Source of the DNA: Callorhinchus milii
Lineage: Eukaryota
Assembly: GCF_018977255.1 (NCBI RefSeq)
Contig: NW_024704743.1
Location: 25,546,001-25,610,000 of the forward strand
Reading direction: 5' to 3'
DNA: 64,000 bases
This document shows, one piece after another, positions 24,664-36,700 of the stretch (the first letter of the stretch is position 1; each line of letters begins with the position of its first letter). The notes under the pieces are model-generated. The model had not been told where the DNA came from and made no database searches. It worked only from the letters and a program-made list of their open reading frames with translations. Position numbers and translations under genes: made by a program.

Positions 24664-25353
24664 TAGCTATACCATGGGTGTACTCCCGGGCACTCTCAGC
24701 GAAACCCACATCGAGTGTGCCTGGAGGATCATAAACTCGGTAAAGAAGGCCCTTTGGCATTCCTGAAACCAAGTGTTCTTCTGGCAGAACGAGGGGATGG
24801 TGAGGACCTGCCTCAGGCTCATGCCCGCTAGGATCAGGGATTATATACTGAGGGATAAGATGAAGTTTGGCTCAACCATGCCAAAGGCCAGATGGGGTCT
24901 GACCCCAGCCGGAGCTGCTCCGGCACAACCCGCTAAGGGCGCACCCACCGGGTAGCCCACGAGCACACCCAAAACTGACTGATGTAAGGGTACAGAAATA
25001 CACTCCAGATGTAACCAAAGAGCGTCCCGAAAATGTATGTACGATAAACATGTGCATGTACGGTGCACATCAGGGCACCTTCCGAAAGCGGCAAACCCGC
25101 CTTATCAGGGAGTGTGGAAACGCGCGCATGGATGTGGTGTACACAGGGGCCACTCCCGACTGTATTAAAGGAAGCGTCCCAAAAAACGTGTGCACAACCT
25201 ATGTGCGGTGAAGGAATGTACCGCAAACAATGCAATGTTTTCTGTATCGGGAGAAAAGGAAAAAATTGTAACAGAAAATGTTGTGTTTGTTTTGGATTTC
25301 TGTTGTACTAACTATTATATTTATAAATAAATCTATATTTTCAAAACAAAAAA
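24664..25353 (+). mobile_element. Tx1-clade (L1-like) LINE 3' end with 3' UTR and poly(A)-like tail
   Basis: GVLPGTLSETHIECAWRIINSVKKALWHS*NQVFF...RIRDYILRD...ARWG resembles the Tx1 ORF2 C-terminus; AATAAA at ~25325 followed by an A-rich tail. Confidence 0.7.
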
Positions 25354-26936
25354 TCCTGCTTCTGGTACTGACAACTCTGTCACAGAAGTTGTTCCAGTGT
25401 TAAAGCCATCCTGACAACCACTGGGAATGCACACTAGAGCGAAAGCCCACTGCACTTTACAGTTATTAAGCGCTTTGAGATGTTTCAACAACAGGATAAG
25501 GTGCTACATCAGATGTAAGGATTGTTACATATTATTTAATGTTCACCTGAACTAGTAGATAGGACCTTGGTTCAAGGACTCATTCAAAGGATGGCACTCC
25601 CCCAATCATTGAATATGAGTGGAAGTCCCAATGCAGGGCTTGAAACCACAGGCTTGTGACTCAGAGGAGAGAGTGCTACCAACCAACTGATCTCCAGGCA
25701 GTAGAAATGCAAATCATTAATGTAAATTATTTTATTTTTAATAATCATTCATATTACAGTGTGAACCTCCTAAACATACAAAAAGCTTCAATTCTTATCT
25801 AAAGCCACATTCACAATCGTATTCGTGAAAGTTAAATTGACGTTTGATTGTACATTACCTACCCAAAAGCATTGGCCAATTCCATTAATTGGATAACTAC
25901 GCAAAGCTATTTTAAAAAGTTGTATTTTACCAGTGAAGCATAATCAAGAACAAAGGATTCAAATATGTAAAGCTTGATTTTGATTATGTTTTACGGGAGC
26001 CTCTGCTCTTTGGAGGCAGATTAAATGTCGCCAGCTGCAGCAGAACAACTCAAATTTATATTTTGAAAAGGCATTGATTATTCGCTTACAATTTCACTGC
26101 TCCAGATCATACTGGGTCACATGCTATATCCCAGAGCAGATAACCAGGCAACCTTCAACCAGGCCTCAGTCATAGAGCTGGAACAAATCAAATGAGCAAC
26201 TAGTGTTACTTTCCCTCCATCTCCCCTCTTTATCTCTGGAAGATTTTTCATTGCCGTTCTGCGGCTGGAGCACAATACAAATCTTTCACAAGGATATTAT
26301 CGGAGCAAATTGCACACACACACATCTATAATTTTTATCATGTTGTTCAATGTCCTAATGGACAGCCGCCAGAAACTATTATGCAACTGAATATGTCAAA
26401 TACATTCTGTAGTTTAGTTAGGGATCAGGCAGTCCGTGTACTGTGCACTTGATGAGGATCATTAATAAAATGCCATATCACTAATGCCAGATCTCAACTG
26501 AAAACATGCAAAACGCCACAAACCATCTCTGAACCCATCTCCATCTCGACTAGTCTTCAGCTCTGCACCCAGCGCAGGATCACAGCTGCTTGCAGAATCA
26601 TTCACGTTCTTGCAACTGATACTATTCGCACTGCCGATCGCAGACTCGGACTTGTTCCCACCCTCAATCCTATTCTCAGTCCCATTCCCACACAGTCAGG
26701 CTAATTCACAGTCAGACCACTATCAGGCTAATTCACACGCTGCCCTCAGTCCTACTTGTGCTTTCAGTCTGAGAATATGAAAGGTGACCACTCTCCCAAA
26801 TTGATATTTTAGAAAGGGTAGCTTTGTCCTAATTTCAGAACTATTAGCAAATTATGCAACCAATGAAAAGCCTCATTGACCTTTGTCCAAGCAGATACTA
26901 TTTTTGCTGAGTTTTTTTTAATGAATCTAGTGAAAA

Positions 26937-27293
26937 TCATAATCATGATAATCCTTATATTTGATATAGTGCCTTATCATGGTCTTTGAGACGTCTCAAA
27001 GCGCTTCACAGAATATACTGTAAAGTGAATTGATTGTAATATTTTGTGGGTGAAATGCGGCAGCCAATTCCTCACAGCAGTCTCCCACAAACAGTCGTGG
27101 ATTGAGTGACAATTTTTTTTTGAAGGGAAACCGGAAAGCGATCCGCCAATCGACTAACAACCGGGTTCCTACTTACTAATATATAAACAGAGGCGTGTGG
27201 ATTAAGGAAACTTACCCAACATTTCGCCCCCAGGAATCATACCCAGGTCTCACTTGCAAGGCAAGTGCTCTAACCACTGAGCTATAGGATTCC
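26937..27293 (-). mobile_element. tRNA-derived SINE (subfamily B)
   Basis: Reverse complement of the subfamily B sequence. Confidence 0.88.
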
Positions 27294-28544
27294 ACAACCT
27301 TGGACTTCGGATAAATCAGACAAAACACCTGGCCCTGATGTGTCCGAATTAAGATGCTTCCACTGTAATTGGGAAGGCATTAAATAAACCAGGAGAACTA
27401 GAGAAATATTCAAAATTGTACCCAGAATGATTCATAGGCAATAGTTATTGTTGTGCAAACTACAGCATGAACAACCAAGTTTAAATGCTTCCAAATGGCC
27501 CAGCGACATCCAAAGTTCCAGTAGATACTGAAGGGCTGGAAGGCTGCACACTTTCACTGTCTTTGGCACACTTTCACTTAAGTAAAATTTTCAGATTTAT
27601 TTTAAGAAATAAAAAAGTTCCTGCATTTTTACTAATTTTACAATGTAAAGTTGAGTGTGGTACTCATTTCATATAAACTGAAGTCCTCTTCAATATCTCA
27701 TGCAGTGTCAGTGAAATGTTTGGGGATGCTACAAGTTAGTGGAAACATCATATAAACTAAATGCTTTGGTATGGTGAGAGTCATAAAGCTCGGAGCCCAA
27801 AGAATCAGTCAAATTCTCCTCTTGGGTGAGATCAGTTTGTTGCTTATTTAACAGCTGGTCAAAGTACCCCTGGTCACAGAGCTGTAGACTAGAAAATGGT
27901 ATAGAAAAGCAGTCTGTGTTTTTGATTTGTACAGAGCGCAGTGCTTATAGTTCAGATACTTTGAGTGTTAAGTAATGATCTTACATTTGGTATAGTGACT
28001 TTCACTTCAGGAAGATTCTCAAATTGCTTCACATGATATACAGATTGTATTTTGGGCAAACAGGGCAGCCAATTTGTACACAGTACATTAGGACACTGGG
28101 AGAGAGAAATTCTTTTCTCTTTTTGAATGGTTATATGCACACAGCGTACAACAAGTACCCTTGGGAGACATGAAAGGACTGCAATGAAGGAAAGAGTACA
28201 ACAGCAGAAAAACGCAAAGAGGAAGACATGCAGTAAAGGTTTGTTTTATTCATGTATTTCTTTGTGCTTTGATGAGACGTTAAACTGAAGTTCCATCTGC
28301 TGGCTCAGGTAGATGTTAAAGGTTTCATGGCACCGTTACAAAGAAGAGCATTCAGTTATCCCAGTGTCCTGGTTAATATTCCTTTATCAGTAAAATTCAC
28401 TTAAAAACAGATTAGTGAGGGCCTGTGACTGAAACATTTAGTACCTAGCTGGGACTGTGTGTTCTTGTATCAGATTGGGAATGAAGACTGATGCCCTAGA
28501 CCTGTAATAATTTGAGAGTGTATACAACTGTGGATATTAATTAT

Positions 28545-29632
28545 TTATTCTTCTTCTCAAAACTGAACCACTCCAAACTCTTCAGGTATCACCCCATTTC
28601 CAACGGCCCTTCCTCTCAATGGGGCTGGAATGAATCATTGCCTCCCATCTTTGCTCCTCTCCTCCAATTACTTCCTGTATGAATCCCTCCAATCTGGCTT
28701 TTACCCCACCAACAGCACCCCAACAACCTTGTTCAAATGACAATCTCCCTGTCTGCAACTAGGGCTCACTATGCCTTTTTGTCTTCAATCTCTCTGCTGC
28801 CTTCAACCCTGTTGACCATTCCATTCTTATCCACTATCTTTCCTCCTTGATTTACCTTTACCAATAAAACTGAGGCTATCCTTCTCAGTTGCCTCCAATG
28901 CCTCCTCACCTCACCTGCTAACAGTATCATCCTGCTGGCTGCTCAGTGCAACTAAGAGTCTGTTTGAAACCTTGTGTTTTGTTTCACCATAACTCTCCTT
29001 TAAACCTTTCTCCTGGACTTTGAATAAATCCACTATCTTCCATCTCCATAACATTGTGCATCTCCATCTTCAAAGCAGCTGATACCCTGATCCATTGCCT
29101 TTCTTACCTCCAAACTCAACTTCTAAATTCTCTGCTCATCAGCTTTCCGAACTCAACCCTCCACAAGCTCAAGATTAATCAGAACTCTGCAACCCATATT
29201 CTCTCCTATTGCAAGCCCATCACTATCATCCTTAACCAGCTCCATGACTCCCTAATAGATCACCTTTCAAATCCTTGTTCGTACCTTTAATTGACTCCAT
29301 GCATTACCCAACACCATCTTTGTAACCTCCTGTGACCCAACTCTCTTTGTTATTGCTTTCACTTTGTCAACTCTAGTCTGCTTCATGCCCCTTGCTATGC
29401 CCCATCATTAATAGGCTAGCACTCAACTGCTTTGCCCCTGCCCTCTGCAACTCTCTTCTGACATCCCATCTCTTGCTTTCAAAACCCATCTAAAAAACAA
29501 TCTCTTTAACTTCTCCTTTGGCCACCTCCCCACGACCCCTTCTCCAGCTCCCTCCAAGCTTGGATTCCCACTTCATCTTGGAGCCGATCTCCCTACATGG
29601 AAGTCTCCTTATAAGGGCAAATTATTGTTGTT
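28545..29632 (+). mobile_element. Old degenerate L2 LINE
   Basis: Remnants of QSGF, HSTETA, LSAAF and LHKLKINQNSA motifs; L2-type tail TATAAGGGCAAATTATTGTTGTT. Confidence 0.75.
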
Positions 29633-31279
29633 CTGCTCTCCAGTTGGCACACTGGCTTCCAGCATTGGGTCTCTATGTACAACAAGCATTGCTCTACAGA
29701 GCAGGTGAAAAAACACAATTATCTATTAATACAAGACTCTAAGGTATTGTGCATTGATTGGGTTAATGTTGGTTGACTGGGTCTCTGGTAATTGAAACCC
29801 ATAACAGCTCTTCTCAAGGTAGTTGTGAGAATTTCTCATATGAAGTAGAACTTTTATTAAATTTTTTTTAAAAAAATTCTAGTTTTGCCCCTCACTGGCA
29901 TGTCTCTCTGCTCTGTGTTCCACGTACATTGTTATCCTCCAATGCCTCAGCCGAGTGGGCATGTGGGAGTCTTGATGGTGAGTGGCAACAGGTCATTGAA
30001 GTACGAAGAGTAGCTGTCCTCACTTGACTGCACACACACTTGCACAACCAGTAGAGAGACCAGGGATCCTGCCTAGTTTTCTCCTTCCTAACCTTGGGAG
30101 AACCAGGGCCAATTCAACCTTCCTGTGCAGCTTCAACTGAGACCAGAAAAATAGACTGGGCTTCAAACTTGCAAGCGACTAGTCCATAAACTACAATTCT
30201 ATCATCAATACTATTGAGGCTAGCCAGGTTGTTTGTAAAGCTTGGAGCAGCACTCAGCTGGCTTTCAATTTGAAGAATCTTACAGACATCCCTCGCTTTG
30301 TGGTCAAAAAAATTGCCAGCACATGCAATATGTTTACTCCACCCTTCCCCCCCCCACTCCATCACCTGCTGCCTCCGATCGGTTGGTTCTGGCCTCCTAA
30401 TTGTCGCTACTATACCCTGAAACTCTGGAACTCTCTTCCTTGATCCCTCCGCTTTCAATCAGGTATCTGGGTGTATCTGGAGGTCAACCCTCTGGAATGC
30501 CACTCAGTTGGCAAACTGTGTTTTGACTTCCATGAAATCTGAAAGGAGCCTTTGAAAGCCTATTGTTAGCAGATTATTGCGCCCATTGAGGGCATCACAT
30601 GTAGAGGTCTCAACATGTTCTCATCTGACATCCACACTTGCACAAACACTTCAACAGCAATCAGAACTGGAAAACCTGCCTTATTTTTTTCCACATCCTA
30701 ACCCAGAGAATGCTGAGGCCGATCAACTGGTAACAGACCTGCCGCAATTCTAATAATAACTTGCTGTGGATGGAGCACTTTTATCACATCCTCAAAACGT
30801 TTTAAAGCACTTTACAGAATGTACTGCACATCGCAAGAACAACAGCTTGCATTGATGTAGCGCCCCTCGTGCAGGGTAGTGTCTCAGAGCGCTAACGTTA
30901 ACACAACAACGCACCACAAACAACCGTCAAGTAAATGGCCAGATTGACAATTAACTAACCCAGCCCGGCCCAGATTGGGAATTGAATCTACGGTTTCGTG
31001 CATCGCTCCCTGATTCTCTTTCTCCAACAAAAGTGCTTTGATTATTTTTTCCAATTAATGTAATTTTCACTTTTCAGCTAATTTTGAAGTCTTTTTGTCA
31101 GTGTTTTTTGTCAACTCGTGGGAGTTGGAAACAATGCCCTTCATTAGCAGCGGGGAGGGAGATTTGTATCAATGTGAGAATATAATAATCATCATTATCA
31201 TCATCATCATCATTATAACTATAATCCTTGGATTTGGTTTAACGCCAGAACATGGAGTGGGTTTAGCGCCAAAAACAAA

Positions 31280-31468
31280 ACAATAACAAAATTGGTCATT
31301 TTCAATCCACGACTGTTTGTGGGACGCTGCTGTGCGCAGTCGGCTGCCGCCTTTCGCCCACAAATGTACGGTCAATTCACTTCACAGCACATTCCGTGAA
31401 GCGCTTTGAGCCGTCGAGAAGAGGTGAACAGCGCTGTATCAAATGCAAAGGATTAATATTATTATTAT
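31280..31468 (+). mobile_element. SINE 3' fragment, GC-shifted, upstream of the SLC12 exon
   Basis: Contains AATTGGTCATTTTCAATCCACGACTGTTTGTGGG...AAATGCAAAGGATTAATATTATTA. Confidence 0.85.
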
Positions 31469-31569
31469 AACATTTGTCTTTGACAATCGCTGTGTGTGTG
31501 TGTGTGTGTGCAGGTGCACATGGTTTAGGGCTGTGTGGCTTTTGAAGTTGGCGCTGGTTTGGGAGGTGG

Positions 31570-31830
31570 AGTGTGGTCAGTGCTGAGTGAGTGAGTCACC
31601 AATAGGACAGCACAGCCCCCTCCTCCCTCCCTCCCCTCCTCTTTCTCTCTCCCTCCCTCCCTCCTCTCTCTCTCTCTCTCTGTCCTCACTGTTCTGGAGC
31701 TCCAGCCGGTCCCACTTTATTGGTGGACAGTCCAGTCCACTCACCCCCACCCCACCAGTGGTGGGTGTCGATGGGCAGCACTGGCACTGGGGCGAAGCAG
31801 GTCCCACCAGCCCGTCCCTTGCACACAGCT
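31570..31830 (+). promoter_or_regulatory. Probable promoter of the SLC12-family gene
   Basis: TGAGTCA (AP-1-like) and CCAAT near 31591-31603, a polypyrimidine CT tract, and ATTGG at ~31719, upstream of the ATG at 32101. Confidence 0.5.
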
Positions 31831-31837
31831 CCAGGCG

Positions 31838-32094
31838 AGGGAGAGCCTGAGAAGCCAGAGGGAGAGCCAGAGGGAGAGCCTGAGAAGCCAGAGGGAGAGC
31901 CTGAGAAGCCAGAGGGAGAGCCTGAGAAGCCAGAGGGAGAGCCAGAGGGAGAGGGAGAGCCAGAGAAGCCAGAGGCAGAGCCAGAGGAGATCCAGAGGGA
32001 GAGCCAGAGAAGGCAGAGCCAGAGAAGCCAGAGGGAGAGCCAGAGAAGCCAGAGGGAGAGCCAGAGCCAAAGCAGCCAGAGAGAGAGCCAGAGG
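31838..32094 (+). repeat. Purine-rich minisatellite (units such as GAGAAGCCAGAGGGAGAGCCT) in the putative 5' leader
   Basis: Tandem 9/12/21-nt variant units. Confidence 0.9.
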
Positions 32095-32100
32095 CTCGGC

Positions 32101-32242
32101 ATGTCCCAGAGGTTCTTGGTGACCGCTGTCCACAACGGCAGCGAGGACTTGGCTGCCGAGAGGACCCGCAATGGCACCGGCGCTGCCCCTCAGCAGAGCA
32201 CTCTACCCATCCTGGAGTACCTCAGGGAGCCCAACAGATACG
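32101..32242 (+). CDS. SLC12A7: Probable first coding exon of a K-Cl cotransporter (SLC12A7/KCC4-like, RFxV-containing N-terminus)
   Basis: ggcATG start; MSQRFLVTAVHNGSEDLAAERTRNG...PILEYLREPNRY then a strong G|gtaag donor in phase 1. The MSxRFxVT start resembles KCC2a (MSRRFTVT) and KCC3a (RFMV). A phase-1 Gly junction fits KCC exon 1/2 (G-DG...). Paralogue assignment is from memory and exon 2 was not seen. Confidence 0.62.
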
Positions 32243-32293
32243 GTAAGAGAAGGGGGGACGGTCTCCTGGACTCTCCCCCTGACAGGCAGCGGA

Positions 32294-33043
32294 CCCCAGG
32301 GCCACCCACCCCCCAGGGCCACCCACCCCCAGGGCCACCCACCCCCCAGGGCCACCCACCCCCAGGGCCACCCACCCCCAGGGCCACCCCACCCCCCAGG
32401 GCCACCCCACCCCCCAGGGCCAACCCACCCCCCAGGGCCAACCCACCCCCCAGGGCCAACCCACCCCCAGGGCCAACCCACCCCCCAGGGACAACCCACC
32501 CCCCAGGGCCAACCCACCCCCCAGGGCCAACCCACCCCCCAGGGCCAACCCACCCCCCAGGGCCAACCCACCCCCCAGGGCCAACCCACCCCCAGGGCCA
32601 ACCCACCCCCAGGGCCAACCCACCCCCCAGGGCCACCCACCCCACCCCCAGGGCCACCCACCCCACCCCCAGGCCACCCACCCACCCCAGGGCCACCCAC
32701 CCCACCCCCAGGGCCACCCACCCCACCCCCAGGGCCACCCACCCCACCCCCAGGGCCACCCACCCCACCCCCAGGGCCACCCACCCCACCCCCAGGGCCA
32801 CCCACCCCACCCCCAGGGCCACCCACCCCACCCCCAGGGCCACCCACCCCCCCAGGCCACCCACCCCACCCCCAGGGCCACCCACCCCACCCCCAGGGCC
32901 ACCCACCCCACCCCCAGGGCCACCCACCCCAGCCCCAGGGCCACCCACCCCACCCCCAGGGCCACCCACCCCAGCCCCAGGGCCACCTACCCCACCCCCA
33001 GGGCCACCCACCCCCCAGGGCCACCCACCCCCAGGGCCACCAG
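32294..33043 (+). repeat. C-rich minisatellite (CCAGGGCCA[A/C]CCCACCCC..., 17-22 nt units) at the start of intron 1
   Basis: Tandem array; it generates the spurious Pro/Gly-rich ORFs. Confidence 0.95.
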
Positions 33044-33237
33044 GGAGGGGGGCGGTGCGGCTTCAAATCCCGGGGCTCACATCTGGGTTCATTTCGGTGA
33101 AAATCGAACCAGAGTTAGTTTTTCTCTCTTCTCTCTCCTCTTCTCTCTCTCGTTTTCATTTTGCAAAACAAATGCTGTAAAACTATTATTGACTGCATCC
33201 AAACCCCAAATGATGTGTTTTGAGGTTTTTGTTGATG

Positions 33238-33799
33238 GTGTGTGTGTGTGTGTGTGTATCTCTGTGTGTGTATCTTTGTGTGTGTCTCTGTGTGTGTATC
33301 TGTGTGTGTGTGTATCTGTGTGTGTGTGTGTCTGTGTATGTGTCTGTATGTGTGTGTCTGTGTGTATGTGTGTGTGTGTGTATCTGTCTGTGTGTGTATC
33401 TGTCTGTGTGTGTATCTGTCTGTGTGTGTGTGTGTGTGAGCGTGTGTGTGTGTGAGCGTGTATCTGTGTGTGTGTGTGTGTGTGTATCTGTGTGTGTGTG
33501 TGTGTGTATCTGTGTGTGTGTGAGTGTGTGTGTGTGAGTGTGTATCTATGTGTATCTCTGTGTGTGTGTGTGTGTGAGTGTGTGTGTGTATCTGTGTGTG
33601 TATCTGTCTGTGTGTGAGTGTGTGTGTGTGAGTGTGTGTATGTGAGTGTGTATCTATGTGTATCTGTGTGTGTGTGTGTGTGTGTGTGAGTGTGTGTGAG
33701 TGTGTGTGTGTGTGTGTGTGAGTGTGTGTGAGTGTGTATCTGTGTGTGTGAGTGTGTGTGAGTGTGTGTGTGTGTCTGTGTGAGTGTGTGTGTGTGTGT
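33238..33799 (+). repeat. Compound (TG)n microsatellite with TATC and GAG interruptions
   Basis: Read directly from the sequence. Confidence 0.95.
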
Positions 33800-36700
33800 T
33801 TTGCTGGGTGACTGACCGGTTGCTCCTGGCAGTGTTCAGCAATCTGCTGGATTCCATACATGTACTTTTAAGGGAAGATCTGTTCGTTTTTCCGCTGGTA
33901 ATGGGAATTGCCATTGGAAGAAGTCCTGCGTTGTGCTGTTTGCGCCCTATTTTGTTTGTGTTTTATTCATTGAGTGGCGCGGTATCCTTTTTTTTAAACA
34001 GTGTCATTTTCTCTCCTATTTGTTTATCCGGATCGATACAGCACTTATTGCACAGATTGCACTTTTATTCCCCCCCCCCATCCCCCTTCCTTCTCCACAC
34101 TTTCTGCCCAACGTGATATCAGAAAAGTAGTTTTAAGACGTCCAATAAATAAGAGTTTTTCACACTCAATTGCCTGTAGATCAGGAGGTCAGTTGCCTGT
34201 AAAAGCAAAATAACAAGACGTAGAGAATCCCTTTTTACGGTGTTTGCTCGAAAAAAATTGTATTGCTCTGATAAACGCCCCAAACGCGCAGTTTTTCACT
34301 GTCCACTGTAAACTGTATAAATTATATTGAGTGCCTGTAACCCCTGCAGCTCACACACACACAAAAAAAACTTCTACGAAAGTGAGAGTTACATTACAGT
34401 GCAGTCTTATTTTATGGCATTGGGCATTTTTTTTTGTTGGATTGCAGTCACTGGAAGTACTGGGTTTCACTTTTGGAAATGAAATCACTTGTACAAACTT
34501 CAGCGAATTGCATTGGTTTCAGTGATTCAATCTCTGGGCTTTTTTTTTTAAAAATTAAAAAAAAAAAGAAACCAAAGGAGAAGTGCGGAATAAGGATGTC
34601 AAATGTGGTTTGAAAACAGCCTCTGCGTGTTTCTTTTACTTTATTATTTGCTGCTATAAAAAGTGAACGAGTGACTGCTCCTCTCGATTAAGTCGGAATT
34701 CACATATCCAGCAGCTAATTTGCAATTGCAGTAACGTGTACCCATTTGGTTCTGACATTATTTTGCAATAGTCGCACCCAAATATACTCTGTAAACTAAC
34801 ATCGTTGAAATGCACATGTCAGTGGATGAACTGCAGTGGGAAATAAGACTGTTCTGGCTGATGATACCACGAGCTGTGCACTTGTGTGAAGTAGTGTGTT
34901 TATACAGTATGCTTTAGTTATCATCAGTTTAAACAGAGAGGGCAAAGAGTAGAAGCAGCAATGTTTGTTCGTTCAACTCAATTTCTGCCCTCTTTCCCTC
35001 CCAGGATTGGAATAGTTTGTATAAATGTACCGAATGCACTTGGTATACAAGTAACACAACTTGGGAGTTAAATTCTCGCCTGAGGCTGCCTGCAATGTTG
35101 TGTTTTGGCAACTTTTTTTTTGCCCACTTTCCATCACCGGTTAAAGGCAATTTGAACAAAATCGCCAACTGACCATCTCATTGGATTTGATTTTGTGAAA
35201 TGCTATTAAAGTTATTGATACTTTAAATAGAAAATGCAGCTGTCAGGCAGAAGGGTGTAGCGTGACATACTGGGACGATGATCAATACAATAAATAACCC
35301 TGCAGCATGTCAAACTACAAAGCCTTTTGATTTGGATTGGTGCTGAATTCTCTTTATATGCAAAAATCAAAGTCTACAGCTCCATGGGCAGTGCACAGAT
35401 TCTGTTTCATTGCTCATTGGAACAGTGCTATCCAGCAGATTATTTATAGTGCGAGCGTTCAGGGTCAGAAAACGACTGCAACCCATCGCATAATTCTGCC
35501 ATTTAACAGTGGAAAGGCCGCAATGACATTGTATCCATCAGTCAACCGCATGTGTCGCTCTATACCACTGCGGATGGTTGATCGGAAAATGCCAGAAGCG
35601 TTTGCTGTCTGACTTACATTGGACTCTGGCCAGTTACTGTACAGGTACTTCAGTGCTGGCCAACTTTTTTTTGGGTGGCCAACACAATAATCATAAAGAT
35701 GCTAAAATAGTGTAGATTTACGCCACAATTCAAGAAACATTCAATCAAGAAACATTTTTTTTTCTGACCAACCACAGAGGTTGTCCACCATCTGGTTACT
35801 TGAACAACGTTAAAGAGGCTGATTGACAATATCCTGCACTCAAACCCTTGTGTTGTTCAGACTAATGAGTGCTTCAGGTTGTTGCACAAGAGAGTAGTCT
35901 GGGGAAGTATTCTTAGTTTACTCTTTGCTTTCATTGAGTAAACCAATTCATCCTTATTACTTACCCCGTTTCCATTTTGAAGAGAATTGAAAGGAAGGAT
36001 CACCTCTCAGTCAACAAGTTTAAGATTATGTCACAAACATTTGAGGACATGTTGATTTCTGAAACGTGCGATTCTTTATATCCTATGAAACTCTTTGAGA
36101 TGCTATATCAAATCTCTTGTGGTCTTAAAAAAATTGTCCAGATTTTTAAAAAAATTATTAAATTCCCTCTAATTTTTGGGGCTGTTTTTCCACAGTTTTT
36201 TTAAAAAACGTTTTTAAGACATTAAGACTGAGTTTAAGAATTTTCAAAAATTCTGTTCAATCTTTATTTTTAGGACTTATGGCTGAGTTGGAATTTCAGC
36301 CATCTGGGATTATAACCTTGATATACTGTAATGCCATGTTATTATTTGGAGGACTTTCAGCTCCTTTCCTCGCAGCTCAGTCATTTCATTTTGAATTAGG
36401 TAATTATCTTCACAAGTGTTGCTTTGGTGTTTAAATTTGTCCTGTGTTAAGTGAGCATATCAAACATTTTTGCCCCCTTTTCTACATGTTCCAACCCACT
36501 ACTCTGCTTGCTCGTGAGGGTGGCACTGTTCATTGCACTGAGGGGCATATCAGTATTAAAATAAATTGACAATAATCCTTACATTTGGTGTTGTGCCTTT
36601 CACTTTAGGAGGATGTCCCAAAGAACTTCACAGAATTTACTGTAAAATGCGGTGACTCAGTGTCTTGTGGGCGAAACATGGCAGCCAATTTGCGCACAGC

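Noticed and set aside
27306..27348. Short imperfect hairpin TTCGGATAAATCAG...CTGATGTGTCCGAA
   Set aside because: A 12/14-bp stem with no other support; plausible by chance or as a decayed MITE.
31686..33861. Long ORFs (486, 309, 287, 273, 254 and 248 aa) rich in Pro/Gly/Trp/His-Thr
   Set aside because: They are produced by stop-free minisatellite and (TG)n arrays. Only 32101-32242 has a protein-like sequence and a splice donor.
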